Of a stretch of 64,000 bases of DNA, positions 15,739-28,452 are shown piece by piece. The DNA comes from Eledone cirrhosa (lineage: Eukaryota). How positions within the stretch are numbered: the stretch's first letter is position 1; each line of letters begins with the position of its first letter. The DNA lies in contig OZ024741.1 in NCBI GenBank assembly GCA_964016885.1, forward strand, positions 394,692,001 to 394,756,000. The letters are read 5' to 3'. The notes beneath the pieces are model-generated. The model made no database searches. It was not told the DNA's origin and was given only the letters and a program-made list of their open reading frames with translations. A program made the translations under genes and the position numbers.

Positions 15739-16960
15739 ATCATCATCATCATCATCATCAACGTTTAACGTCCGTGTTCCACGCTTGCATGGGTTTGGAC
15801 GGGGGTAGTCCCACTTGAGGCAAGAGTGATTTGTCTTGCTCGCATAGGACTGTCTGGCAGGTTTTCTACAGTTGGATGCCCTTCCTAACACCAACCACAT
15901 TTACAGTGTGGGTCTGGGAGGTTTTTACCGTGTTGCCTACACGGCCACATTACAGCGTGGACTGTGTGTTTTTTTGTCGTGACACCTACACGATCTCATT
16001 TGTTTCGGCCTGGATGGCGCGGCACCAACATAACTTTACATAGAACGGGGTGGTGTGGATGGGGTGGGGGTGGCGGCGGGAGGGGTGTATTTTGTTAGAG
16101 ATGCCTACTGGCAAGGCGGGTCTTCTCTGTTACTGAGTACCGCCAAAGGTCACGGTCCAGTGACATTGTCTTGGAGAGGTGTAAGTGTGTGAGGTCGGAG
16201 TTTATCAGCTCGTCCCATGTTTTTCTAGGTCTGCCTATTCCGTGGCTACCGTCTATCTTTATTGCCCTGCACTTTGTAATACAGCTATCGACTTTCATGC
16301 GCATCACGTGTCCATACCAACGCAGCCTTCTCTCGAGTAAACAACATCTGATCCCTCTTATCTCTAATATTTTCCTTAGTTCGTTTATGCTTTGCCGTTC
16401 ACGTATATTACTGTTACACATCCAGCGGAGCATGCAAGCTTCGTTCCTCTCTAGTCTGCGTATATCCTCTGCACACAATGCCCAGGTCTCACTACCATGC
16501 AACATTGTTGTTCGTATGCAGGCATCGTACAACCTGCCTTTCATTTTTAGGGAGAACCCTTTAGCAGCTAATAGTGGTATAAGCTCTCTGAACTTTTTCC
16601 AACCAGTTCTGACTCTAGCTACAGTACTTTCAGAGCACCCTCCCCCACTGCTGATTTTATCGCCCAGGTAACGGAAGCTGTCCACTATTTCTATAAAACC
16701 CTCTGCGCAATTGAAAGAGCTAGTATTTTGTGGGCACTTGCTGCTACTTATTGCACCAGAACACCGGCCACATGTAAAGTCTATGTTCTTAGTTAGCTTA
16801 CCTGTGATCCCACTACATCTTTTATGCACCCATACTTTGCATTTAGGACATAAGATGGAGTTTCTACCTACGCCTTTCCTACATACCGAGCACGACCATT
16901 TCCCAGAAGGGACCGCCGCCTTGTTTTCTTTCCTACAAACTAGAACTTTGGTCTTAGCCA
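15739..16960 (-). mobile_element. RTE subfamily A, 5'-truncated, open 288-aa ORF tail
   Basis: ORF 16095-16961 with PHD finger, [20 protein letters not shown] and GRPRKTW; (CAT)n tail. Confidence 0.92.
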
Positions 16961-17689
16961 AGAAACATGTTTATTGGTTGGTGAATCACACCAAAACTAC
17001 ACACACAAAAACATACACACACACATCTAGAGAGAGAGACACAGAAGGAAAGGCAGAAAGAGAGAGATAGGCCGTTATACAGAGAGAGATACAATTAAAG
17101 TGTTAGATATTCAAAGAGAGAGAGAGTGATAGATCAAAGTATATCAGTTGAAGGTTTAACAATATTGCATTAGCTATCATAAAGTCGTTTTACAGTCTTT
17201 GATTTTACAGAACAAAGAAAAATTGATACTATTTGAAATTAATCTACCCTCCATTTTTTATCCATATACTATTTACAGTCCGTACTAACAGAGCTAAACA
17301 CTTCAGAAGCAATGTTATGCGGTATATTGCTGTGTTTCAGATGATGACCTTTGGAGCTGAAAAAAGATCATACTGACTATGGTTATTTCACAACATTTAA
17401 AATCCAAGACCAATGCTACCATTTAATCGGCAGTTTACTCTTCCAGCCTAATAAGGAAGTTTTATGATTGTTTTATTTATGTCTCCCACACACACATTAC
17501 AGTCTCACCACATACTGTAAACCAGACAACACATCCAATAAAGTCGTTTTCTCTTTTATCCGTCTTCTCTAACTGTTCTCCATGTACCTCAGCTAGTATA
17601 TATATATATTTTTTTAAAATTATATATATATATATATATATAATAGTGTTTTGTTTGAAGGCTACCAAAATGCAAATTGGGTGTTAAAA

Positions 17690-19200
17690 GTTAAAAATAT
17701 GATAACAATGATGTTGGGGTGTTACCTGCAGTTCTTTATAGATCCTTATATTTTTGGATATAATCCCTTCATCAAAAGATTAATAGAAGTCAGTTCTAAG
17801 CTGTATATTTTTTGTTGCTCTTAAGCTGCCATTTCTTTTTTAAATTTGAAAGTGGTGGTTTTATTCTTTTAATACAAGAAGTGGTGAATGGATCATCTGG
17901 TGTGTGATCTAAGCTATGTTCTGATTTTAACTATTATTGTATGTTAGCAACTTGGTGTTGAATTTTAGTCTATTGTTGATTTGGGGATCTGGGGTTTCAA
18001 TTTGACTATCATTTGACTGAGGTTGCTGGTATTCTTAACTCTGGCTTTGATACTAACTGTTATCTCTTTATTTATGTTCTTGCACCTATCTATGTGTTTC
18101 TTGAAGGAGGATGTGTGTATGTTGAGGTGTTCTTTGATATGGATATGTAGTAAGTAGTCTTATAGTGCTGCCAATGTAGAACTCACCACATTGGATATGG
18201 TATTCCACATATGTGCTGTGGATGAGGCAGTTTACCAGCATACACTGGTTACTGTCATCTTCAAGCCATTTTTTTCTATAAGCAGCAAAGAGCCATAAAT
18301 GTGGTTGGCATATTTTTTTATAAGCATTTTCACAGTGAAGGGCTGTAAATGTGGTTGTCATTAGGAAGGGCATCCAGTCATAGAAACCAAGCCAGAAACA
18401 GTTCTGTATAAGCAAAACACAGTCATCTAATCTGACTTGTCTCACAACAGGACAACTCATCTAACTCATACTAACATGTAAAATGGATGTTAAACAGTGA
18501 TGATGATGAAACAGGTCTCTGCAGGAAGCTTTTCTGTAGAAGTTGGTGTATCATCTCCTTCTGTTATCCTTAATTAGAAGTAGAGCAGGGTCAGGGATCC
18601 TGGATCATCAGGGTGTTCTGTGCTGAACTGTGTTATCCAAGTTCAAGAATGTTCTGAATATTTTGTCTTTTCCACGGGAGGATGTGAGAATGAGAATGAG
18701 TATGAGTATGAAAAAATCACAGGAGCAGCAGGTGTTGGGTGCTTGACACTCCATCTGGTCCATATAGGTGATGGTCAATAGACATGAAAGACTGGATCCC
18801 ATGGGAGGACTTATTGTTAGTTTGTAGGTGTTGTGTAAAGTAGGTTATTTGGATGATGATGGATAGGAGTTGATGGATATCAGAGTTGTTGAAGTCAGAA
18901 GAGATGATGCAGTCAGTTACTAGGTTCACCACTGCAGAAGAGAGTACTGATGTGTAAAGAGAGACATCAAGCCCAAAGGTATATCTGTTATGTTTAAGTT
19001 GGTCTGATTGAAATAGATAAGTCTTTGAATCATTTTATTGGAGTTGCTGACATGTCTGGGAATAATAAAGAGCATCGATTTGAGAATCCATGAGAGGAGC
19101 TAGATTTTATAGAAGGGTCCTACTCTGCTAGAGACAAAGGGTCATAAACCCAATCATAGCAAGGAGTTGCATCATGTGTATCTCAGATAAACACACCACA
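17690..19200 (-). mobile_element. Degenerate Penelope-like element, interrupted by an RTE-tail fragment (~18330-18510)
   Basis: RT remnant MGSSLSCLL (MGSPLS-like), GIY-YIG remnant QCGEFYIGST, decayed hammerhead core near 17750-17775. Confidence 0.6.
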
Positions 19201-20368
19201 TTTATTTAGTTCAGTGATGTTATAATTCATGAAAACAATACAATAAAACACTGCATTAATAATTGTTTCTACTTTTGGCACAAGGCTAGCAATTATCCCA
19301 GTGTATTACTGGTACTTTATTTTATTGACCCCGTAAGGATGAAAGGCAAAGTTAACCTCGGCATTAATAATGTTTCTTTGGAAGGAATGTTCAGGATTCC
19401 TATAAGCTATATTACATTTCTTAGCCTATACATATTACAAACATGTAATCTTAAGAAAAATAGGGCCCCACAAATTTCTAATATGTTACTTTAGAAGCCA
19501 AACGGGAAGCTTCTACACGGTTGCTCAAAACTTGCTGGAAATACCAGCTAAATCTCCCTCTAATCATACTCTTCCACTTTAAAAAAGGGAGTACAATTCA
19601 GTAAATGTATTTCTATATATACTATGTCAGAAAATAAGATAGGATAGTCAGTTGGATTAAAGCTGACCTGGTGCTAAAAACAACAACAGCAAAAACATGC
19701 TACTTCATGAGATTTGCACCAAACTTTTTATATAGCAAAACACAAACTTGTAAGAAACTAAGATATCTAGAGAAATTCTTAGGATGGAGGGATATCACTT
19801 GACGAGATGTATTAAAATAAATAACATAATTCTCTTTGTGAAACTTTATTTTAAATTATAAACTGCTTCACTAGTTTCATGTGTTGAAGTCTGCCAGAAA
19901 AATCATTCATGTTCTTAGGTGGTAGACATAATCCATTGTCTGGTTAACAATCAGCATCTGAGCCATGTGTACGTTGAGTGGAATACACTCTGTTGCCAGC
20001 ATTCAGGCTAGAGTTTCAGTCCCTGAAAACTGCCATGGGTACTGCTATTCTTATACTTCTGACAAAGCAATATTTATTTTTATTTTTAATATAGTTATTA
20101 CAGTTCCAGAGTCTTAGTGATAAGATTCACCTGAAATTTAAGCTTCAGGCATGGGTACTCAATCAGTGAACTAGGAAAAGCTGAACCAAAAGCACACATA
20201 CTGATTAATTCTTAACATCCTGTAATGATTTAGTGAAATGTATCTAAAGACAGGCTTGTCAATTCAAATGTTTGTGGTATCTTTATCTCTGGACAGATTG
20301 TTGTGAAAATTTGCTGAAAACTAAAGTAAAAACTTTAAAATGAAAGTTGAACATACAGAATAACTTAC

Positions 20369-20559
20369 CTTGGTAACTGAAGCCAGTACAACCAAGAAGG
20401 AGTAAAATTACCAGGTGTACTGTGAGTAATTTCAGGACCATCAAGCACTTTTAGAGTAATTGTTTTTGATTCTGTATTGTGTTTTAGTTGCTTGACAGCT
20501 TCATTGTGACTTAGACCAAGCAGACTAACGGTGTTTATAGTTAAGAGCACATCGCCTTT
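20369..20559 (-). CDS. LNX2: LNX1/2-like exon (PDZ3 C-half and PSWxxWLxLP linker)
   Basis: ttacag/gtaagt; KGDVLLTINTVSLLGLSHNEAVKQLK...FTPSWLYWLQLPR. The PSW-WL-LP motif is typical of LNX1/2. Confidence 0.93.
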
Positions 20560-20913
20560 CTGTAAAGAAACCAACAATAGCACACACCTGAATTACTATA
20601 GAAATATTTTCTTTATGATGTTACTTAAAAATGGAGCAGAGACTTGAATATTTTGTATGATAATATTTTCATTATTATTATGCTGGTATGCCTTACGGGG
20701 TCGATAAAATAAAGTACCCGTAATGCATTGGGTTAATTGCTGGCCATGTGCCAAAAGTAGAAACAATTATTATGCTGGTATGTATCTGCTGTATCAAAAG
20801 ACCAACCTCCACTGCCTTTACTTTACTTAATGTGTATTGATTTTTTTTTCTTTTTTGAGGGGAGCATTTGTTCGTGTGTGGGCGTGCATGCGTGCTTATG
20901 ACGTATGTATATA

Positions 20914-21205
20914 TATCACCTTGATCACCTTGATCGACCAGTCTGTCAGGCATCCATTCGGCGCCGCTGGTCACAGCACGCCGTCCATTCCTCCCTGGAT
21001 CGTGCTTTCCTCATCCATGTAGTCCCAATCGTATTCCTAAAATCGTAACTTCACCCTCATGGAGGCCTTCCGAGTGGTCGTTTCCGCTCGCGCGGGTACC
21101 ACTCGCGCGGGTACCACTCGGCAACTGCGTGGGTCCACCGATTATCGGTGAACCGGGCGACGTGTCCAGCCCATCTGAACTTGCTGCGCATATATTCTGT
21201 GATGA
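20914..21205 (-). mobile_element. GC-rich RTE-1-type LINE 3' end
   Basis: KFRWAGHVARFTDNRWT...WYPRERKRPLGRPP; tail (GATCAAGGT)n next to (TA)n. Confidence 0.8.
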
Positions 21206-22528
21206 AGGGGGTATATATAGGTGTACATAGAATATTCAAACATCTATATTTCAAATAATCTATCTCGCCTGAAATGGATGAACAGACTGGAACAATGAAG
21301 TACAGCGGATCCTCTCGCCTTATCGAATACCTGACAATCTCTCTCATATTAATACTATGATAAAGAGTACCCAATACACTCTGTAAAGAGATCAGTAATC
21401 AAACAGAGACAATATAGAGTAGGGAGGACTCTTCAGCCTGGCTGAGCATATAATAACCTCTCTAGAGCTGATGCTACAATAAAATGAACTCAGTACACTC
21501 AGTAAAGTAATTGGCAATACAATAATAATCATGCTAATTATGAGCAAGATGAGGTCTCTCCAGCCTGCCTAATCTCAAATCATAACAACCTGTCCATCCT
21601 ATGCAACCATGGAGAGTAGACTGAAAATGATGACATATATATATATATATCATCCCCAATCTCATAGTGCCATGAAAAATGCACCCAGTGCACACTGTAA
21701 AGTCGTTGATGAAAGGAAGGGGCGCCAAGATGTAGAAACCTTGCCAAAAGAGAGTTAAGGACTCTTCAGTTGTGTCAAGGGCATGACAAACTCTCCAGTG
21801 TTGGTGCTACAATGAAACACAATCAGTATACTCTGTAAAGTGGTTGGTAATAGGAAGGACATCCAGCCATAGAAAACTTATCAAACAAAGGGTCATGAGG
21901 ACTCTTCAGTTTTGTCAAAAACATGATAACCTACCTAGTGCTGGTGTCACAATAAAATGCATCCAGTACAGTCTGTAGAATAGACAAACATATGTAAGCA
22001 AATGCACCTTACCCTACCCCAAAATCCAATCTAGGAGCTATGTAGCTCCAACTGGGAACTGATTTAGTCTATGACAACCCTTGCTAGCAGTGGAAATAGA
22101 CATTAAAGAATTATGCTGATGATAATGAGATCCTTTTCTGGTAGGTTTTCTACAACTGGATGCTCTTCTTGATGTCAACCTACTGGTGCTTGTTAAACCA
22201 TTATGTTTCTAAAGAGACATAAACAGCTGAAACCCCAGACTTAATAATTAGTGTAGATGTGACATAGATATGATATTTGTACACATATATGCATATATTA
22301 CAAGCTTCATACAGTTTCCATCTACCAAATTCACTCACAAGGCATTTGTTGGCCAAAGGTCATAGTTGAAGATACTTGCTAAAGATGCATTGCATTTAGA
22401 TAAAGATCACATAGTTGTAAAGCAATCACACAGCCATTCTTGTGCACATATATCTTGTCCAATGATCCCACGAGTGCGCAGTTGAAACTCCAGAGTAACA
22501 AGACTCACTACTTAGACAAAATAAATGA

Positions 22529-22563
<35 letters not shown>

Positions 22564-22564
<1 letters not shown>

Positions 22565-23726
22565 CATCATCATCATCATCATCATCATCAACGTTTAACG
22601 TCCGTGTTCCACGCTTGCATGGGTTTGGACGGGGGTAGTCCCACTTGAGGCAAGAGTGACTGTCTTGCTCGCATAGGACTGTCTGGCAGGTTTTCTACAG
22701 TTGGATGCCCTTCCTAACACCAACCACATTTACAGTGTGGGTCTGGGAGGTTTTTACCGTGTTGCCTACACGGCCACATTACAGCGTGGACTGTGTTTTT
22801 TTGTCGTGACACCTACATGATCTCATTTGTTTCGGCCTGGATGGTGTGGCACCAACATAACTTTACATAGAAGGGGGCGGTGTGGATGGGGTGGGGGGGG
22901 GGGGGGGGGGTATTTTGTTAGAGATGCCTACTGGCTGTAGTAGGTTTTACTATGTATTTAGGTAAGGCGGGTCTTCTCTGTTACTGAGTACCGCCAAAGG
23001 TCTCGGTCCAGTGACATTGTCTTGGAGAGGTGTAAGTGTGTGAGGTCGGAGTTTATCAGCTCGTCCCAGGTTTTTCTAGGTCTGCCTATTCCGTGGCTAC
23101 CGTCTATCTTTATTGCCCTGCACTTTGTTATACAGCTATCGACTTTCATGCGCATCACGTGTCCATACCAACGTAGCCTTCTCTCGAGTAAACAACATCT
23201 GATCCCTCTTATTTCTAATTTTTTCCTTAGTTCGTTTATGCTTTGCCGTTCACGTATATTACTGTTACACATCCAGCGGAGCATGCAAGCTTCGTTCCTC
23301 TCTAGTCTGCGTATATCCTCTGCACACAATGCCCAGGTCTCACTGCCATGCAACATTGCTGTTCGTATGCAGGCATCATACAACCTGCCTTTCATTTTTA
23401 GGGAGAACCCTTTAGCAGCTAATAGTGGTATAAGCTCTCTGAACTTTTTCCAACCCGTTCTAACTCTAGCTACTGTACTTTCAGAGCACCCTCCCCCACT
23501 GCTGATTTTTTCACCCAGGTAACGGAAACTGTCCACTATTTCTATAGAACCCTCTGCGCAATTGAAAGAGCTAGTATTTTGTGGGCACTTGCTGCTACTT
23601 ATTGCACCAGAGCACTGGCCACATGTAAAATCTATGTTCTTAGTTAGCTTACCTGTGATCCCACTACATCTTTTATGCACCCATACTTTGCATTTAGGAC
23701 ATAAAATGGAGTTTCTACCTACGCCT
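22564..23726 (-). mobile_element. RTE subfamily A, 5'-truncated, inside (TA)n
   Basis: ORF 22958-23680 nearly identical to 16095-16961; (TA)n on both sides. Confidence 0.92.
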
Positions 23727-23759
23727 TATATATATATATATATGTGTATACTTCCCAAA

Positions 23760-26290
23760 TAACCAATAATGGGCATTTTGGACAACATTGTGATGGCTAT
23801 GACGGGATTCATGGAGGTCATGGGTTTGGTACTAGAAATGAGGAGGGCTTCAGGATCCTGGAATTCTGTGATGTCAATAATCTAACTATCTGTAACACAA
23901 ACGAGACAATCATCTGATCTCCTATAGATCGGGGGAGCACACCAACCAGATAGATTTTATCCTTACTAGAAGATGAGACAGAGTGTTTATTATAAACACT
24001 AAGACCCTCCCTGGTGAAGAATGTACCTCCCAACATAGTCTAATAGTTAGTGACCTCATAGTCAGGGGTAGACGAACTTGACGACAGAGGAATACCTTGA
24101 GGAGAAGAATGTAGAAGTTGAAGGACCCCGCAGCCAGTAACACAGACAGTAAGGAAAAGCAACTAGTGATGAACAATATAGAGGAAGTGGGAATTCCTGA
24201 AAGTTAACCTGCACAGATGAAATCTGTGGCTGGAGCAGACCATTAGGGAGGAGGAGAGTAACAGTAGGGTGGAGGAGACAATTAAGACCAAATGGCATGC
24301 TTGGAAAGAATGGCGAAATGGGGGGAAGTAGAGAACGCTATCTGGTGATAGGAGAGAAGCTAGGCGACAAGTGTACTCTGCAAGAAAGGAAGCAGATGAT
24401 AGAAAGTTCAAGCATGTTCTACAACGCGAGGACCAAAAATGTGAAGTGTTCAGGATTGCGAGGCAATGTGTCAGAGACAATTGTGATATTGTCAGGGAGA
24501 AGTGTGTCTGTAATGATGATGGTGTACTTGCTCTCACTGATGCTGATAAGAAGTTAGCTTGGAAGTGTCACTACGAGAGACTTCTAAATGAGGAGAATGA
24601 ATGGGATAAAGATAGTCTGCCCCAAGTTGATCCAATAGAGGGACCAGCTGTGCAAGTTAATGGTAGTATAGTAAGTAAAGCAATCAGCTTGGCTTTCAGG
24701 GATAGTTGCTGAGATGTTGAAAGCATCTGGCACGGTGAGTCACACTATGGTCACCCGGATAGTAAACCAAGTAATACAGAACGGGGTCATACCAAATGAC
24801 TGGCGTCACAGTATAATCGTTAACTAGTACAAGGGTAAAGGAGATGTTCTAGATAGGGGAAACTATAGAGGCATTAAGTTAGTTGACCAGGTCATGATGG
24901 TCACAGAAAGAGTTATTGCACAACTGATTAGGGACAGAATTGATCTAGATGAAATGCAGTTTGGGGTTGTGCTAGGTAAATGTACCATGGATGCTCTCTT
25001 CCTTGTACGGTAACTACAGGAGAAGTACCTAGCTAAAAGTAAACCCTTCTACTTAGCTTTTGTTGACTTGGAGAAAGCCTTTGACAGAGACCCCGCTCCA
25101 TTATCTGGTGGGCTCTTAGAAAACTAGGAGTAGATGAGTGGCTTGTGAGTGTTTTACAAGCTATGTATAAAGGAACAGTCAGCAAGGTTAGAATTAACAA
25201 TGAATATAGTGAAAAATTTAGTGTAAAGTAGGTGTTTACCAAGGTTCTGTCCTGAGGCCCTCCTGTTTATTATTACCCTACAGGCTATAATAGATGAGTT
25301 GAAGACCGGCTGCCCATGGGAACTTCTATATGAAGATGATCTAACTCTCATAGCTGAATCCATGGCTGAATTAGAGAAGAGGTTCCAAACATGGAAGCAT
25401 GGCCTAGAATCAAAAGGCCTTAAAAGTTAACTTGTCTAAGACTAAAGTTCTAGTATGTAGAAAGGAAAATAAGGCACAGGTTCCCTCTGGGAAATGACCA
25501 TGCTCAGTGTGTAGGAAAGGAGTAGGTAGAAATTCCATTTTATGTCCCAAATGCAAGCTATGGGTACATAAAAGATGTAGTGGGATCACAGGTAAACTAT
25601 CTAAGAACGTAGACTTTATATGTGGCCGATGCTCAGGTGCAGTAAGCAGCAAGTACCCACTGGATACTAGCTCCTTCTATTGCCCAGATAGTTCTATAGA
25701 AATAGTAGACACTTTCTGTTACTTGGGTGTCAAAATCAGCAGTTGTGGAGGGTGCTCTGAAAGTACAGTAGCCAGAGTCAGAACGGGATGGAGAAAGTTC
25801 AGAGAGCTTATACCGCTGTTGGCCACAAAAGGTTTCTCTCTAAAAATGAAAGACAGATTGTGTGATGCTTGTATACGAACAGCAATGTTCGTATACAAGT
25901 GAGACCTGGGCATTGTGTGCAGAGGATCTGCGCAGACTGGAAAGGAATGAAGCATGCATGCTCCGGTGGATGTGTAATAGTAATATACACAAACAGCAAA
26001 GCATAAACAAACTAAGTGAGAAATTAGGCATACGAGATATCAGATGCAGTTTACTAGAGAGGAGATTGTATTGGTATGGTCATGTGATGCATATGAAGGA
26101 CGGCAGCTGTATAAAAAGGTGCAGGGCGATCAAAATTGATGGAAGCTACGGAGTAGGTAGACCCAGAAAGACTTGGGACGAGGTGATAAAAGCTGACCTT
26201 GCACACTTGAACCTCTCTAAGACAATGACACAGGATCGAGATCTTTGGCGCTATACAGTAATAGAGAAGACTCACTTTTTAGGCACCTCT
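23760..26290 (+). mobile_element. Decayed RTE LINE (endonuclease C-part, RT, PHD)
   Basis: Homologous to 46981-49752 and 36491-38515, with many stops and frameshifts. Confidence 0.85.
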
Positions 26291-26294
26291 TAAT

Positions 26295-28078
26295 CCAATA
26301 CCAACAGCACATGGGTCCCTGCCCGATTCCCAGAGAGTGTCCAGGCCAGATCCAGAGATCAGAACCTTGGTCTTGCCCATGTTGACATGTAGTCCTCTGT
26401 ACTCCATTCCATCTTTCCAGCACTCCAGTTTCTCAAGCAGCTGCTTAATGCTTTCTGCCATGATGACGAGGTTATCAGCATACAAGGCTTCCCAAGGGCA
26501 GCCTGCAAGGAATTCTTGAGACAGTGCTTGCAAGACGACTATGAAGAGTAGTGGATTGAGACAGGAGCCACGATGATCAACCTCACAGCTTGAGTGTAAT
26601 TCTGCTCTAGCCACAAAAGCCTCTTTATACTCCAGCCCTGCGCAGAGCATTTGAGTTTCCAAGTCTTGAGGTGCAGCATGTATTTCCACTTTGTTTGAGG
26701 TGGGATGGCTATCTTAAAATCACAGACAAGAAGCCAATGCTAGCTAGCAACTTCTTTCACTGGAATAACTTTCACAACAACAATCTGTTTCTGGAAACTC
26801 CTGTGCACAAGGATGTAGTTGACCTGAATTGAGGCCTCACCCGACTGATAAGTTATCAGATGGTTGTCTCTTTTTCTGAAGCATGTGTTGCCAATGATCA
26901 GGTCGCTTGACACCGCGAATTCCAGCACTCTGTTGTTCTCTGGTTGTGCAAGCTCCATTCATGTCACCCATAAACCACCCCACAGCCAGCAGCAGCAGCT
27001 TGGCTGACATGGCTGTTCCAGTCTCTCAGAGAGATCAGTATCACCGAGGCAGGAATTCTGGTGACTGCCCCATGGAACCGGTCATAGAAATGGTTCTTGC
27101 CAGCATCACTGAGGCCGACCTGGGGTGTGTAGACAGATGAAGGCATACACATGTCTGCCAATGACCATCCTAAGAATGATAAATCTGTCCGTGACACCCA
27201 GTACCTCAAACACATTCTATATCCATCTTTCTGCCAACAAGATGCCTACACCACTGGTTCCTTTGGAATTTGCAGCCCAATAGAACTTGTACCATGAATC
27301 TTTTCCAGTGATCAACCTACTCTGATTGGACACTAAACCTTTCTTCCCTCTGTACTCTTGAAGGCCGCAAAGGACGATCTTCCTTCTGGAAGCAGTTTCA
27401 ACTACCTCGCAGTCCTTCTTCTTCAATGTCCCCGCATTGAGTGTGCCCACCCTGAAGCAATTTGGGCATTCACTTGATTTGCATATGTTCGACACCGCAG
27501 CCCTATGCCCTGAAGCTGCCAAGCCGAGGGCATCACTGGGTCTTCTTATGCAGCCAGTGCAACCCGGACAAAATACTTATTGGAATACTGACATGGTTGA
27601 AGGTTTTATGGCACTTGGGCTGTGCACCTCATCGATGTCAGCTATAGTGAGGATTTTCTGCCAAGCTGCAAGTTCATTTGCACCAGAATGTCAGTTTGTC
27701 GGAGCCTGCCACAGAGCTCTACCACCCAGGTTGTGGTAGCCTGTACTCCTGAGGAGGTTTTTCATCGAGGTTTGCTCCTGAAGCCTTTTCTATGAATGGA
27801 TACAGCCGCAAGGCAGCGGAGGCTTGGAACCAGAGTTTTCCTTCTCCTAGATGAGCTGCCATCCCAGGATGACGAGCCCCCTTCTGCCCATTGGATGGTT
27901 GTTGACTCTCCTGAGTTCCTCCACTCTTTGACGAGTTTTGTTTTTCATCCCACAGGGTGTCCAAAATTGCCCTCCTCACTAAGCAAGCTTGGTGGGGTTG
28001 CCAGTTTAGTTGCCGACGAACCGATCATGTACAGGTTGTACTGGGTTACATGTTACCAGTAGTGCTGAAGAATGACCT
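26295..28078 (-). mobile_element. RTE LINE 5' portion (5' UTR, APE endonuclease, internally deleted RT)
   Basis: VGTLNAGTL...CGLQE (APE motifs I/II), IIGNTCF...HLITY.SG, CPWEALYADNL; 5' UTR motif ctaggagaaggaaaactctg. Confidence 0.8.
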
Positions 28079-28090
28079 GACACACACACA

Positions 28091-28145
<55 letters not shown>

Positions 28146-28452
28146 AATGAAAGGTATAGAAAACGTAGCGAAAAGCCAACAGTATTCCATAATATATAAG
28201 TGACTATAGCGTCAAAATGGGAAAAATAGTTAACGTAAGATGTGGGAAAAATAATTCAAACTCATCTCAAAGAGAATCAGGATATAGATTCATCCACAGA
28301 ATTTAGTGAAATCCAGGGAAAAATCAATAGAGCCTTAACTCATGATAAAATAAAGTCTAAAATACTCATCCTTCAATTTGGAAAAACTATATATATATAT
28401 ATATATATATATGGAGGAGGTTATAGTTCACTTGAAGCATTGTGTAATGAGG

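Noticed and set aside
16171-16671. Recurrent antisense ORFs ([11 protein letters not shown]..., also at 23022, 47411, 47905)
   Set aside because: Shadow frames opposite RTE coding sequence; the recurrence reflects copy identity, not selection.
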